Assembly: GCA_965221125.1 (NCBI GenBank)
Contig: CBDCRW010000004.1
Span: forward strand, 64,001-128,000
Reading direction: 5' to 3'
Source: Alphaproteobacteria bacterium
GTDB lineage: Bacteria > Pseudomonadota > Alphaproteobacteria > UBA828
DNA: 64,000 nt
The position numbers and the translations under genes were made by a program. This document shows positions 50,536 to 62,854 of this stretch, piece by piece. Every line of letters starts with the position of its first letter. Positions within the stretch are counted from its first letter, which is position 1. Under the pieces are notes generated by a model. It was given only the letters and a program-made list of their open reading frames with translations, did no database searches and was not told the DNA's origin.

Positions 50536-52418
50536 CAGGCGGTCTCGTTCTGTCGCGGCACGGGCGTGAAGGAACGGGCCCGCGCCGACGGATCGCGGCG
50601 CTGGACCTCGCGCAGGATGTCGCGTGCGATGGGCGCCGCCACGGAGCCCCCGCTGCCGCCGTGCTCGACGACGACGGCGACCCCGTAGCGCGGCCGCTCG
50701 GTCGGCGCGTAGGCGACGAAGAGCGCATGGTCGCGCTCCTCCCACGGGCGATCCTCGTTCTTGATCACGCCCGCGCGGTGTTCGCGCTCCGAAATGCGCT
50801 TCACCTGCACGCTGCCGGTCTTGCCGGCCATGGCGAGCGCCGGCTCCTCGATGCGCGCGCGATAGGCGGTGCCCTTGGGGTCGTTCACGACCTTGAGCAT
50901 GCCGTTGCGGACGATGTCGAAGTGGGCGGGTGAGATGCCCATCGTGGGGAAGGTCTCGCGCGCGCGCTCGATCGGCCGCCCATCGCGAATCGTCTCCGCC
51001 AGAATGCGCGGCTCCACCGCGATGCCGCCGTTGCCGATGCGCGCCACCATGACTGCGAGCTGGAGCGGCGTCGTGAGCAGGTAGCCCTGGCCGATGCCGA
51101 CCACCAGCGTCTCGCCGCCTTGCCAGGGCTCGCCGATCATGGCGAGCTTCCACTCCTTCGTCGGCACCAGCCCGGGCTTCTCGCCGGGCAGCTCGATGTC
51201 GAGCTTGGTGCCGAAGCCGAACCGCTCCGCCATCGCGGCGATGCGGTCTATGCCGATCCGCTTGGCGACCTCGTAGAAGTAGACGTCGCACGACTCCGTG
51301 AGGCCCTTGATCATGTCGACGTGGCCGTGGCCGTGGCGCCGCCAGCAGCGGAACCGGCGTTTGCCCAGCTTCAGCGACCCGTCGCAGAAGAAGCGGTGAT
51401 GCGGACTGAGCCCGCCACCCTCCAGCGCGGCCAGGGCCACGATCATCTTGAAGGTCGATCCCGGCGAGTACTGGCCGGCGATCGACCTGTTGGTGAGCGG
51501 GAAGCGCGGATGGCCGATCAGCTCTCCCCATTGCCGCTGGCTGATGCCAGAGGTGAACAGATTGGGGTCGTAGCTCGGCATCGACGCCAGCGCCAGAATG
51601 TCGCCCGAATGGATGTCGAGCACCACGGCCGAGCCGCTTTCATCGCCGAAGCGTGCCGAGACGTACTGCTGGAGCCCGAGGTCGATGGTCAGCATGTGGT
51701 CGTCGCCCGGCCGGCCAGTCCGGCGGCTGAGCTCGCGGATCACGCGGCCGTAGGCGTTGACCTCGACCTGCCGGGAGCCCGCCTCGCCGCGCAGCGAGGT
51801 CTCCAGCACCTTCTCGGCGCCGTTCTTGCCGATGCGGAAGTCGGGCAGGCTGAGCAGCGGGTCGTCCGTCCGCTCCAGGTCGGCCTCGTTCACGGCGCCG
51901 ACGTAGCCGACGATATGGACCGTGTCCTGCCCGAAGGCGTAGAGCCGGCGGCGGCCGACGTCGATCATCACGCCGGGCAGGTCGGGCGCGTTGACCTCGA
52001 TCTGGGAGACTTCCTCCCACGTCAGGTGCTCGCGCACCGTGATTGGCACGAACTTCTGGTTGCGCCTGGCCTCGCGCAGGACCCGCTCGCGGTCGTGGTC
52101 TTCGACCGGCACGAGCTGGGCGATTTCGTCCAGCGCCTTGTCGAGGTTCAGCGCCGCCTCGGGCACCAGGATCAGCCGATAGTTGAGCCGGTTCTCCGCA
52201 AGCACCTGGCCGAAGCGGTCGAAGATGCGGCCCCGCGCCGGCGGCAGGAGCTGCATGTTGATGCGGTTCTCGTCGGCCAGAACCTGATAGCGCTCGGAGT
52301 CGACGACCTGGAGCTGATAGAGCCGCCCGGCGAGCCCGGCGGTCAGCAGCGCCTGCGCGCCGCCGACGATGATGGCGCGTCGCGTGAAGAGGTTGGCGCG
52401 TCCCGTCTCGCCGCGCAT
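50535..52418 (-). CDS. mrdA: Penicillin-binding protein 2
   Basis: RGRIFDR, PGSTFK (SxxK), SCD, KTG; lies in the mre operon. Confidence 0.97.
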   Translation of the reverse strand: MRGETGRANLFTRRAIIVGGAQALLTAGLAGRLYQLQVVDSERYQVLADENRINMQLLPPARGRIFDRFGQVLAENRLNYRLILVPEAALNLDKALDEIAQLVPVEDHDRERVLREARRNQKFVPITVREHLTWEEVSQIEVNAPDLPGVMIDVGRRRLYAFGQDTVHIVGYVGAVNEADLERTDDPLLSLPDFRIGKNGAEKVLETSLRGEAGSRQVEVNAYGRVIRELSRRTGRPGDDHMLTIDLGLQQYVSARFGDESGSAVVLDIHSGDILALASMPSYDPNLFTSGISQRQWGELIGHPRFPLTNRSIAGQYSPGSTFKMIVALAALEGGGLSPHHRFFCDGSLKLGKRRFRCWRRHGHGHVDMIKGLTESCDVYFYEVAKRIGIDRIAAMAERFGFGTKLDIELPGEKPGLVPTKEWKLAMIGEPWQGGETLVVGIGQGYLLTTPLQLAVMVARIGNGGIAVEPRILAETIRDGRPIERARETFPTMGISPAHFDIVRNGMLKVVNDPKGTAYRARIEEPALAMAGKTGSVQVKRISEREHRAGVIKNEDRPWEERDHALFVAYAPTERPRYGVAVVVEHGGSGGSVAAPIARDILREVQRRDPSARARSFTPVPRQNETA

Positions 52419-52419
52419 C

Positions 52420-52935
52420 TCACTCGGGCCTTGCCGCGGCGAGCGCGCCGAGGGGGCGGAAGAACAGCACGAAGACCGGGAAGAGGAGAATCGTCAGGAC
52501 CACCTGGAAGACGATCGGCAGCAGCGGGACGACCGTGCCGAAGCAGGCCGAGCTGATGATCCAGCCGAGCAGGCCGATCGCCGGCATGGTGAGCGAGAAG
52601 CCCCACCAGACGACGAGGAAGGGCTTGCCGCGGAAGAAGGTCCGTTGCGAGGCGACGACACCCTGGACGATGAGGAGCACCAGCGCCGTCATGCCGAGCG
52701 GCGTGCCGGCCAGCAGGTCCTGCAGCAGGCCGATGGCGAAGGTCGCAGCGTACGGGAGCCGCTCCGGCCGGTAGATGGTCCAGTAGAAGATCGCCATGGC
52801 CGCAAGCGCCGGCGTGACCTCGACGAAGCCCGGCAGCCGCCAGGGCAGCGCGCCTGCGAAGACGAACACCACCGTGACGGTCACCGGAATCATGCCGCGC
52901 AGCGAGCGCTCGGCCGTGTGCAGCCAGTCGCCCAT
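52420..52935 (-). CDS. mreD: Rod shape-determining protein MreD
   Basis: Hydrophobic, IFYWTIYRP, FAIGLLQDLL.GTPLG; between mreC and mrdA. Confidence 0.92.
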   Translation of the reverse strand: MGDWLHTAERSLRGMIPVTVTVVFVFAGALPWRLPGFVEVTPALAAMAIFYWTIYRPERLPYAATFAIGLLQDLLAGTPLGMTALVLLIVQGVVASQRTFFRGKPFLVVWWGFSLTMPAIGLLGWIISSACFGTVVPLLPIVFQVVLTILLFPVFVLFFRPLGALAAARPE

Positions 52936-53816
52936 CACTCGAGGCTCCCGGTGCGCGCGGCGCGGCGCGTCTCGGGGAAGACGCCCGGCACCACGTAGTC
53001 GAGGATGGTGACGAAATCGAGCCGCTCCCAGACGACGAAGGGCTGCACGGTCGCGCGGTCCTTCGCGACCGACGAGACGATCCCGACATCGAGCGCCGGC
53101 GGGAACATTCCGCCCTCGCCCGACGTCACGATGCGGTCGCCCGGCTTGACCCTGGCGTCGGTCGCGAGGAAGGCGAGGTAGGGCTGCGGGCTGTTGTCGC
53201 CACGGAGAATCGTCCGGTCCCGGCTCTCTTCCGAGACCACGGGAATGCGCGAGTTCAGGTCCGTGAGCAGGAGGATTCGCGCCGTGTGGTTGCCCACCTC
53301 CAGCACGCGGCCGACCAGCCCCTCGTGGTTGACCACGGCCTGGCCCTTGCGCACGCCGTGGCTCTCGCCGGCGTTCACCATGACCATGTGGATGAAGGGG
53401 CCGCCCGAATCCGCGATCACGCGGGCGGTGATGTACTCCGCTCTCTGGTCCGGCACGACCTTCAGCATCCGGCGGAACATGTCGTTCTCGTAGCCCAGCT
53501 GCTCCGCCACCGCCTGCCACTTGCGGAGCTCGGCGTTGTCGTGCTCCAGCCGCTCGTTGCGCTCGTGGACGGCCAGCATGCCGTTCAGCTCGTCGAACCT
53601 GTCGGCAATCGTCGCCGCCGGGCGCGAGAAGAAGCTGAATATCGGAGCCACCGTGTCGGCGACGCCGACACGGAGCGTCTCCACCAGTCGGGGCTCCGCC
53701 TGGCTCAGGATCATCAGGGTAATCGCCGCACACGCCAGAAATGCGTAGCCGAAGCGCTGGGCGAAGACCCTGCCCGGCACGGCCAGGACGAGATTGCGCC
53801 CCCGGCCTACCCTCAC
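52935..53816 (-). CDS. mreC: Rod shape-determining protein MreC
   Basis: TM plus coiled coil, ARVIADSGGPF, GLVGRV, LLTDLNSRIPV, VTSG.GG.FP. Confidence 0.95.
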   Translation of the reverse strand: MRVGRGRNLVLAVPGRVFAQRFGYAFLACAAITLMILSQAEPRLVETLRVGVADTVAPIFSFFSRPAATIADRFDELNGMLAVHERNERLEHDNAELRKWQAVAEQLGYENDMFRRMLKVVPDQRAEYITARVIADSGGPFIHMVMVNAGESHGVRKGQAVVNHEGLVGRVLEVGNHTARILLLTDLNSRIPVVSEESRDRTILRGDNSPQPYLAFLATDARVKPGDRIVTSGEGGMFPPALDVGIVSSVAKDRATVQPFVVWERLDFVTILDYVVPGVFPETRRAARTGSLE

Positions 53817-53873
53817 TCAGACCTCCATGCAGTGCGCGGTGTTATCCGAATCGAGGCCCGCGTCGCGGAATGT

Positions 53874-56528
<2,655 letters not shown>

Positions 56529-56538
<10 letters not shown>

Positions 56539-56712
56539 CCTCTCACCCCGGCGGCTACGACGGTCATCGCGCTCCCCTGGTCGGTTGCCGCACGCGCGGC
56601 GCACCGCTCAGGGGCGACTAAGTCGCAACCCGCGCAGGGTGGAACGTGCCGCGGCTGCCAACGCGCACGAATCGGGCTTGCCCACCGGCTTGCTTTCCGC
56701 AGGCACCCTCAT
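56529..56712 (-). promoter_or_regulatory. leuA leader: Leu-containing leader peptide, CCCCUG/CAGGGG helix and second uORF
   Basis: uORF ending LRGLRLSRP-stop at 56608; CCCCTG over the stop can pair with CAGGGG(AG) about 30 nt downstream; uORF 56567-56529 overlaps a leuA ATG. Confidence 0.6.
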
Positions 56713-56874
56713 TGGACCATCGCCCTCGACCCCATTCGCACGACATAGGCGACCCGCCGGCGCGGCACAAGGCCGGTTCGCCAGCCCAAACTGCAGCCCT
56801 TGTACGCCCAACCCCTTGGGCGAAGCAACGAATTTGTCAACAACCCGTCGCTCTCGTGCCCGCTCGGGGCCGCG

Positions 56875-57894
56875 TCAATTCTTGCTGCGATCGACCAGCC
56901 GGGCTTCGGCGATCCACGGCATCATCGCCCGCAGCCGCTCGCCCACCTCCTCGAGCGGATGCTCGGCCGCGCGCGCGCGCATCGCCTTGAAGGAGGATTG
57001 CCCGGCCGCGTTCTCGGTCATCCACTCGGTGGTGAAGCGGCCGTTCTGGATGTCGGCGAGGATCGTCTTCATGCGCTCGCGCGTCGCCTCGTCGATCACG
57101 CGGGGCCCGCGCGTATAGTCGCCGTACTCGGCGGTGTTCGAGATCGAGTAGCGCATGTTGGCGATGCCGCCCTCGTACATCAGGTCGACGATCAGCTTGA
57201 CCTCGTGGAGGCACTCGAAATAGGCCATCTCGGGCGCGTAGCCCGCGTCCACCAGGGTCTCCCAGGCGGCGGTGATGAGCGACGTGAGCCCACCGCAGAG
57301 CACCACCTGCTCGCCGAAGAGGTCGGTCTCCACTTCCTCGCGGAAGCTGGTCTCGATGATGCCGGCGCGGCCGCCGCCGATCCCGGACGCATACGAGAGG
57401 CCGATCTCCTTGGCGTTGCCGGAGGGATCGCGTGCGAGCGCCAGCAGGCAGGGCACGCCGCCGCCCCGCTGATATTCCGAGCGCACCGTATGCCCAGGCC
57501 CCTTGGGCGCCACCATGAAGACGTCGAGATCGGGCCGGGGCTCGATCAGGCGGAAGTGGATGTTGAGCCCGTGGGCGAAGGCCAGCGCCGCGCCCTCCTT
57601 CATGGCGCCGTGCAGCACGTCGGCGTAGAGCTGGCGCTGGAGCTCGTCCGGGGTCAGCACCATCACCACGTCGCCGAAGCGCGCGGCCTCCTCGATGTCC
57701 ATGACCGTGAGCCCGGCGGCCTCGACCTTGGCTGCGCTGGCGGAGCCGGGCCGGAGCCCTACGGCGACATCGTCGACCCCGCTTTCCTTCAGGTTGTTCG
57801 CGTGCGCGAAGCCCTGGCTGCCGTAGCCGATGATCGAGACCTTCTTCGACTTGATCAGGTTCAGATCGGCATCGCGATCGTAGTAGACCCGCAT
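56875..57894 (-). CDS. ilvC: Ketol-acid reductoisomerase
   Basis: [43 protein letters not shown]. Confidence 0.98.
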   Translation of the reverse strand: MRVYYDRDADLNLIKSKKVSIIGYGSQGFAHANNLKESGVDDVAVGLRPGSASAAKVEAAGLTVMDIEEAARFGDVVMVLTPDELQRQLYADVLHGAMKEGAALAFAHGLNIHFRLIEPRPDLDVFMVAPKGPGHTVRSEYQRGGGVPCLLALARDPSGNAKEIGLSYASGIGGGRAGIIETSFREEVETDLFGEQVVLCGGLTSLITAAWETLVDAGYAPEMAYFECLHEVKLIVDLMYEGGIANMRYSISNTAEYGDYTRGPRVIDEATRERMKTILADIQNGRFTTEWMTENAAGQSSFKAMRARAAEHPLEEVGERLRAMMPWIAEARLVDRSKN

Positions 57895-57936
57895 CCTGTT
57901 CTCCCAAGTTGGCGTTAGGCGCGGCCGGCAGCCGCG

Positions 57937-58443
57937 TCAGATCGATTCCTTGCCGCGCGAGATCGCGACCACGCCCGTGCGCGAGATCTCGGTCAGCCCG
58001 AGCGGCGTCATCAGCCGGATGAAGGCGTCGAGCTTGTCGCCGTTCCCGGTCATCTCGAAGACGAACGAGTCGATCTCGCTGTCCACCACGTGGGCGCGGA
58101 AGATGTCCGCGATGCGAAGCGATTCGACGCGCTTCTCGCCGGTGGCGACGACCTTGATGAGCGCAAGCTCGCGCTCGATGTAGGGGCCCTCGGTGCCGAG
58201 GTCCGAGACCTTGTGGATCGGCACGAGGCGGTCGAGCTGCGCCTTGATCTGCTCGATGACCATGGGCGAGCCCGAGGTCACCAGGTTGATGCGCGACAGG
58301 CGCTGATCGCGCTCGACCTCGGCGACGGTCAGGCTCTCGATGTTGTAGCCCCGGCCCGAGAAGAGCCCGATGACGCGCGCGAGCACGCCCGGCTCGTTCT
58401 CGACCAGCACGGAAAGCGTGCGGCGCTCGGCAGTTTCGTCCAC
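57937..58443 (-). CDS. ilvH: Acetolactate synthase small (regulatory) subunit
   Basis: ACT domain VENEPGVLARVIGLFSGRGYNIESL, ERELALIKV, SRTG. Confidence 0.96.
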   Translation of the reverse strand: MDETAERRTLSVLVENEPGVLARVIGLFSGRGYNIESLTVAEVERDQRLSRINLVTSGSPMVIEQIKAQLDRLVPIHKVSDLGTEGPYIERELALIKVVATGEKRVESLRIADIFRAHVVDSEIDSFVFEMTGNGDKLDAFIRLMTPLGLTEISRTGVVAISRGKESI

Positions 58444-58462
58444 GGCCGTTCCTCCTGGCCGC

Positions 58463-60256
58463 CTAGACGAGCACCATCCCGTCTTCGGAGCGCTCCTCGA
58501 GCTCGCCGTGCTCCGGCCCGAGCTTCATCTCGTAGTGCGCGGCGCCGGCCGGGATCATCGGATAGACGTTCTCTTCCTTGTCCACGAGGATGTCGGCGAT
58601 CACCGGGCCCGGCGTCTCGATCATGGCCGCGATCACGTCGTCCACCTCCTCGGGCCGCTCTGCCCGGAACCCGGCGGCGCCGAAGGATTCGGCCAGCTTC
58701 ACGAAGTCGGGGAGCGAATCCATGTAGCTCTCGGCGTAGCGGCCGCCGTGGAAGAACTCCTGCCACTGGCGCACCATGCCCATGTACTCGTTGTTGAGCA
58801 GGAAGGTCTTCACCGGCAGCCGGTACTGCACCATGGTGGAGAGTTCCTGGATCGTCATGAGCAGCGACGCCTCGCCGGCGATATCGATGACCAGCGAATC
58901 CGGGTGGGCCACCTGCACGCCCATCGCCGCGGGAAAGCCGTAGCCCATGGTGCCGAGGCCGCCCGAGGTCATCCATCGGTTGGGCTCCTCGAACTTGAGG
59001 AACTGCGCCGCCCACATCTGGTGCTGGCCCACCTCGGTGGTGAAGTAGGCGTCCCGCTCCCTGGTCGCCTCGTAGAGCCGCTGCAGCGCGTACTGCGGCT
59101 TGATGGTGCTGCTGGAGTTCCGGTAGCGCAGGCAGTCGCGCCCGCGCCACGCCTCGAGCTGCTTCCACCACGCCGCCAGCCCCTTGGCGTTTGGCGCAGC
59201 ACCGCTTGCCTCCCATTCGGCCTGGATGGCGTCGAGCGCGAGCCCGGCATCGCCGATGATGGCGACGTCGACGGGGACGTTCTTGTTGACCGAGGACGGG
59301 TCGATGTCGATCTGTACCTTGGTGGAGCCCCGCGAGAAATCGGCGAGCCGGCCGGTGACGCGATCGTCGAATCGTGCGCCGACCGCGATCATCAGGTCGC
59401 ACTCGGCCATCGCCATGTTGGCCTCGTAGGTGCCGTGCATGCCGAGCATGCCGAGGAAGAGCGGATCGGAGCCGGGATAGCAGCCGAGCCCCATCAGCGT
59501 GTTGGTGATGGGGAAGCCGGTGCTTCGCACCAGCGCCGCGAGGCTCCGTGCCGCGTCGGGTCCTGCGTTGATGACCCCGCCGCCGGCGTAGAAGAGGGGG
59601 CGCTTGGCCTTCGCCATCAGCGCGACCGTGCGCTTGACCGCCTCGGCGTCCGGCGTGCGCCGCGGCCGGTAGGAGCGATGGTCCAGGCCGTTGCCCTGCG
59701 CGTCGGCCTCGACGTAAGGCGCCTTGGCCATGACGATGTCCTTGGGCAGGTCCACCACCACGGGGCCGGGCCGGCCGGCGGCCGCGATGTAGTAGGCCTC
59801 GCGGATCACGCGGCTCAGATCGTCGACCTCTTTCACCAGGTAGTTGTGCTTGGTGCAGGGCCGCGTGATCCCCACCGTGTCGGCCTCCTGAAACGCGTCG
59901 TTGCCGATCATGTGGGTCGGCACCTGCCCGGTCAGGCAGACCACTGGGATGCTGTCCATCAGCGCATCGGTGAGCCCGGTGACGCTGTTGGTGGCGCCGG
60001 GGCCGGAGGTGACCAGCACCGTGCCGACCTTGCCGGTGGACCGCGCATAGCCTTCGGCGGCGTGGACGGCGCCCTGCTCGTGCCGCACCAGGATGTGGCG
60101 CAGCTCGTTCTGCTTGAAGATGGCGTCGTAGATCGGCAGCACCGCGCCGCCGGGATAGCCGAACACGACCTCTACGCCGAGGTCGACCAGAGTGCGAACA
60201 ACCAGTTCGGCCCCGGTGAGCTCAGCCGGGGCGTGATCCTCGGCATCCGTTGTCAC
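58463..60256 (-). CDS. ilvI: Acetolactate synthase large subunit
   Basis: FGYPGGAVL, RHEQGA, TSGPGATN, MLGMHG, RFDDRVTG, SGGLGTMG, GMVRQWQ; GTG start with GGGAG SD. Confidence 0.96.
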   Translation of the reverse strand: MTTDAEDHAPAELTGAELVVRTLVDLGVEVVFGYPGGAVLPIYDAIFKQNELRHILVRHEQGAVHAAEGYARSTGKVGTVLVTSGPGATNSVTGLTDALMDSIPVVCLTGQVPTHMIGNDAFQEADTVGITRPCTKHNYLVKEVDDLSRVIREAYYIAAAGRPGPVVVDLPKDIVMAKAPYVEADAQGNGLDHRSYRPRRTPDAEAVKRTVALMAKAKRPLFYAGGGVINAGPDAARSLAALVRSTGFPITNTLMGLGCYPGSDPLFLGMLGMHGTYEANMAMAECDLMIAVGARFDDRVTGRLADFSRGSTKVQIDIDPSSVNKNVPVDVAIIGDAGLALDAIQAEWEASGAAPNAKGLAAWWKQLEAWRGRDCLRYRNSSSTIKPQYALQRLYEATRERDAYFTTEVGQHQMWAAQFLKFEEPNRWMTSGGLGTMGYGFPAAMGVQVAHPDSLVIDIAGEASLLMTIQELSTMVQYRLPVKTFLLNNEYMGMVRQWQEFFHGGRYAESYMDSLPDFVKLAESFGAAGFRAERPEEVDDVIAAMIETPGPVIADILVDKEENVYPMIPAGAAHYEMKLGPEHGELEERSEDGMVLV

Positions 60257-60374
60257 GGCGATCTCCCTTTTGCACATGCGCAAGCGGCCCACCCTTCGAC
60301 CAGGGTCGGCCGGCCCGCGTTGGTGCGCTTGGCCACGCACCCGTGTCTGGAGGGCGGACAGTAGTCCTTCACCC

Positions 60375-61316
60375 TCAGCCGGTCAACAGCAGACGTTCCA
60401 AGAGGGCGAGAGATTCCCGTTTCGATTCCGTGCGGTAACGGCCCGGCAGCCGGGCGGTTCCCGGCATCTGGGTGCGGAACCAGGTGGTCTGGCGCTTGGC
60501 GTAGCGGCGCGTCGCCTGGCGGCCGAGCGCTATGGCGCGCTCCAGCGTCGTGATGCCGTTCAGGTGATCGTGCAGCGCACGCACGCCGACCGCCTTCATC
60601 ACGGGCAAGCCGGGGTCGAGGCCGCGTTCGAGCAGGCGCGCCGCTTCGTCGAGCGCGCCCGCCGCCATCATGCGCGTGAAGCGCTCATTGCAGGCGTCGT
60701 AGAGCGCGTCGCGGGGCGGCTCCAGGACGAGCACGGCCGCGCTGCCGGTGTAGCGGTCGTGCCGCTCCGTCTGCCACGCGAGCAGCGAGCGCCCGGTCGC
60801 CTCGATCACCTCGTAGGCCCGCATCACACGCTGGCTGTCGCCCGGCTCGAGCCGGCGCGCCGCCTCGGGGTCGCGCGCGGCGAGGCGGGCATGGAGCGCG
60901 GCGCTGCCCTCCTGCTCGCAGAGCGCCCTCACCGCCGCGCGCACGGGCGCGGGGACTGCCGGCACGGGTGCCAAGCCTTCGAGCAGCGCCCGCAGGTAGA
61001 GCCCCGTTCCGCCCACCAGGATCGGGAGCGCTCCTACAGCCTGCGCGCGCTCGATCTCCGGCACGGCCAGAGCACGCCAGCGGCCGGCGGAGCAGCGCTC
61101 GGCGCCGTCGAGCACGCCGTAGAGCCGGTGCGGCGCCTGCGTCCGCAACGCGTCCTCCGGCCAGGATGTGAGGATCGGCAGGTCGCGGTAGAGCTGCATG
61201 CTGTCGGCGTTGACGACGACACCGCCGAACTCCTGGGCGGCATCGGCCGCGAGCGCCGACTTGCCGCTCGCCGTCGGCCCGCCGATCACTAGGATCGAGG
61301 GTCGGCTCTCGGCCAC
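60375..61316 (-). CDS. miaA: tRNA dimethylallyltransferase
   Basis: GPTASGKS, NADSMQLY, VGGTGLY, TRRYAKRQTTWFR. Confidence 0.96.
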   Translation of the reverse strand: MAESRPSILVIGGPTASGKSALAADAAQEFGGVVVNADSMQLYRDLPILTSWPEDALRTQAPHRLYGVLDGAERCSAGRWRALAVPEIERAQAVGALPILVGGTGLYLRALLEGLAPVPAVPAPVRAAVRALCEQEGSAALHARLAARDPEAARRLEPGDSQRVMRAYEVIEATGRSLLAWQTERHDRYTGSAAVLVLEPPRDALYDACNERFTRMMAAGALDEAARLLERGLDPGLPVMKAVGVRALHDHLNGITTLERAIALGRQATRRYAKRQTTWFRTQMPGTARLPGRYRTESKRESLALLERLLLTG

Positions 61317-61333
61317 GGCGTTCTCGTGCACCG

Positions 61334-62566
61334 TCAGGAGAGGACCAGCGAGACCAGTCCGTCGGCGAGCTTGGGCTCGAACCAGGTGGTTTTCGGCGGC
61401 AGGATCGCGCCGGCGTCGGCCACCGCCATGAGGTCGTCGACGGAGGTCGGATAGAGCGAGAAAGCCACCGATGCTTCGCCGCCGTCCACCGCGGCCGCGA
61501 GAGCACCCAGCCCGCGCCCGCCGCCCACGAAGTCGATGCGCGCGTCCAGCCGGGGATCGCCGATGCCGAGGATCGGCTCCAGCACCAGGCGCGCAAGCCG
61601 CGAGACGTCGAGGCGGTCGACCGCAGGGCCGCTCGCGTCCGCCGCGCCGTCGGCAGCGAGGCGGTACCAGCGCCCCTCCAGGTACATGCCGAACCGCGCC
61701 GGACCTTCGGGCTCCACCGGCCCATCCGCCGGCTCGCAACGCAGCGCCTGGCTGACCTCGCGCAGGAACGCCTCGGATGCAAGGCCGTTCAGACCGCGCA
61801 CGATCCGGTGGTAGCCCAGGATCCGCACCTCGTCGGCGGGGAAGCTCACCGTCAACAGGCGGCCGGCCGCCTCTCCGGCCTGCGGTTCCATGGTCCGGGC
61901 TGCCGATGCCGCCGCGGCGGCGCGGTGATGGCCGTCGGCGATGTAGAGCACGCCGATTCTCTCGAAGCACGCAATCAGCGCGCGGGTCTCGTCCGCGCCG
62001 TCGATCGACCAGAGCGTGTGCGTGACCGCACCGCCCTGGACGGAGCGGCAGAGCGGCGTCGCCTCGCAGGCCGAGGCGATCAGGCGGCGCACCTCCTCGT
62101 CCGGCCGGTGTATCAGGAAGAGTGGACCCGTCTGCGCGCCGAGGGCTTCGATGTGCCGCGCGCGGTCCTCCACCTTCGGCGGGCGCGTGGATTCGTGCCG
62201 CTTGATCGCGCCCTGTCCGTAAGCCGCGAGCGAGGCTGCGGCCACGAGCCCCGTCTGCGCGCGGCCCTGCGCCTCCATGCGCCAGGCGTAGAAGCGGGAC
62301 GCCGCGTCGTGGACCAGGACGCCGTCCTCGATCATCCGGGCGAACCGCGCCGCCGCAGCGTCGTAGAGCGCGGGCGCGCCGGCCGGCGTCTCCGGCGGCA
62401 GATCGATCTCCGGCCGGGAGACGTGGAGGAAGCTCTCGGGCCGCCCTTTTGCGGCAGCCCGTGCCTCCTCGGCCGACAGCACGTCGTAGGGCGGCGCCAG
62501 CACCGCATCCGCATGATGGGGCGCGACGCGGAGCCCTGCGAAGGGTGCGAGAAGCGGCTCGCTCAC
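61334..62566 (-). CDS. DUF1015 family protein
   Basis: APPYDVL, SFLHVSRPE, IKRHE.T, YIADGHHR, PPKTTWFEPKL.DGL. Confidence 0.92.
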   Translation of the reverse strand: MSEPLLAPFAGLRVAPHHADAVLAPPYDVLSAEEARAAAKGRPESFLHVSRPEIDLPPETPAGAPALYDAAAARFARMIEDGVLVHDAASRFYAWRMEAQGRAQTGLVAAASLAAYGQGAIKRHESTRPPKVEDRARHIEALGAQTGPLFLIHRPDEEVRRLIASACEATPLCRSVQGGAVTHTLWSIDGADETRALIACFERIGVLYIADGHHRAAAAASAARTMEPQAGEAAGRLLTVSFPADEVRILGYHRIVRGLNGLASEAFLREVSQALRCEPADGPVEPEGPARFGMYLEGRWYRLAADGAADASGPAVDRLDVSRLARLVLEPILGIGDPRLDARIDFVGGGRGLGALAAAVDGGEASVAFSLYPTSVDDLMAVADAGAILPPKTTWFEPKLADGLVSLVLS

Positions 62567-62600
62567 GCGGCGCGTCCTTTCCTCGTCACGGCGGCCTCCG

Positions 62601-62795
62601 CTAGTTGACGAGCCAGACCAGCAGGAGGCCCACCAGGGCCGCGCCCATGCCGATGGAGCGCAGCCGGCCCGCAGGCTGGGCGAGCACGCGCTTGATGCTG
62701 CGCCGCATCGCCTCCGGAAACAGCGCGTAGAGCCCGCCTTCGATGACGAAGATCAGCCCGATCGCGGTCAGGAGTGCGGTGAGCCCGTCGCTCAT
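62601..62795 (-). CDS. DUF2065 (YjeT-like) small membrane protein
   Basis: LTAIGLIFVIEGGLYALFP..MRR; usual position after hflC. Confidence 0.9.
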   Translation of the reverse strand: MSDGLTALLTAIGLIFVIEGGLYALFPEAMRRSIKRVLAQPAGRLRSIGMGAALVGLLLVWLVN

Positions 62796-62854
62796 GGCTG
62801 GCTCGCAAGGGGCGGCCGCGGGGCGGCCCAGCACCGGCCCGCGGCCGGAGCGCG

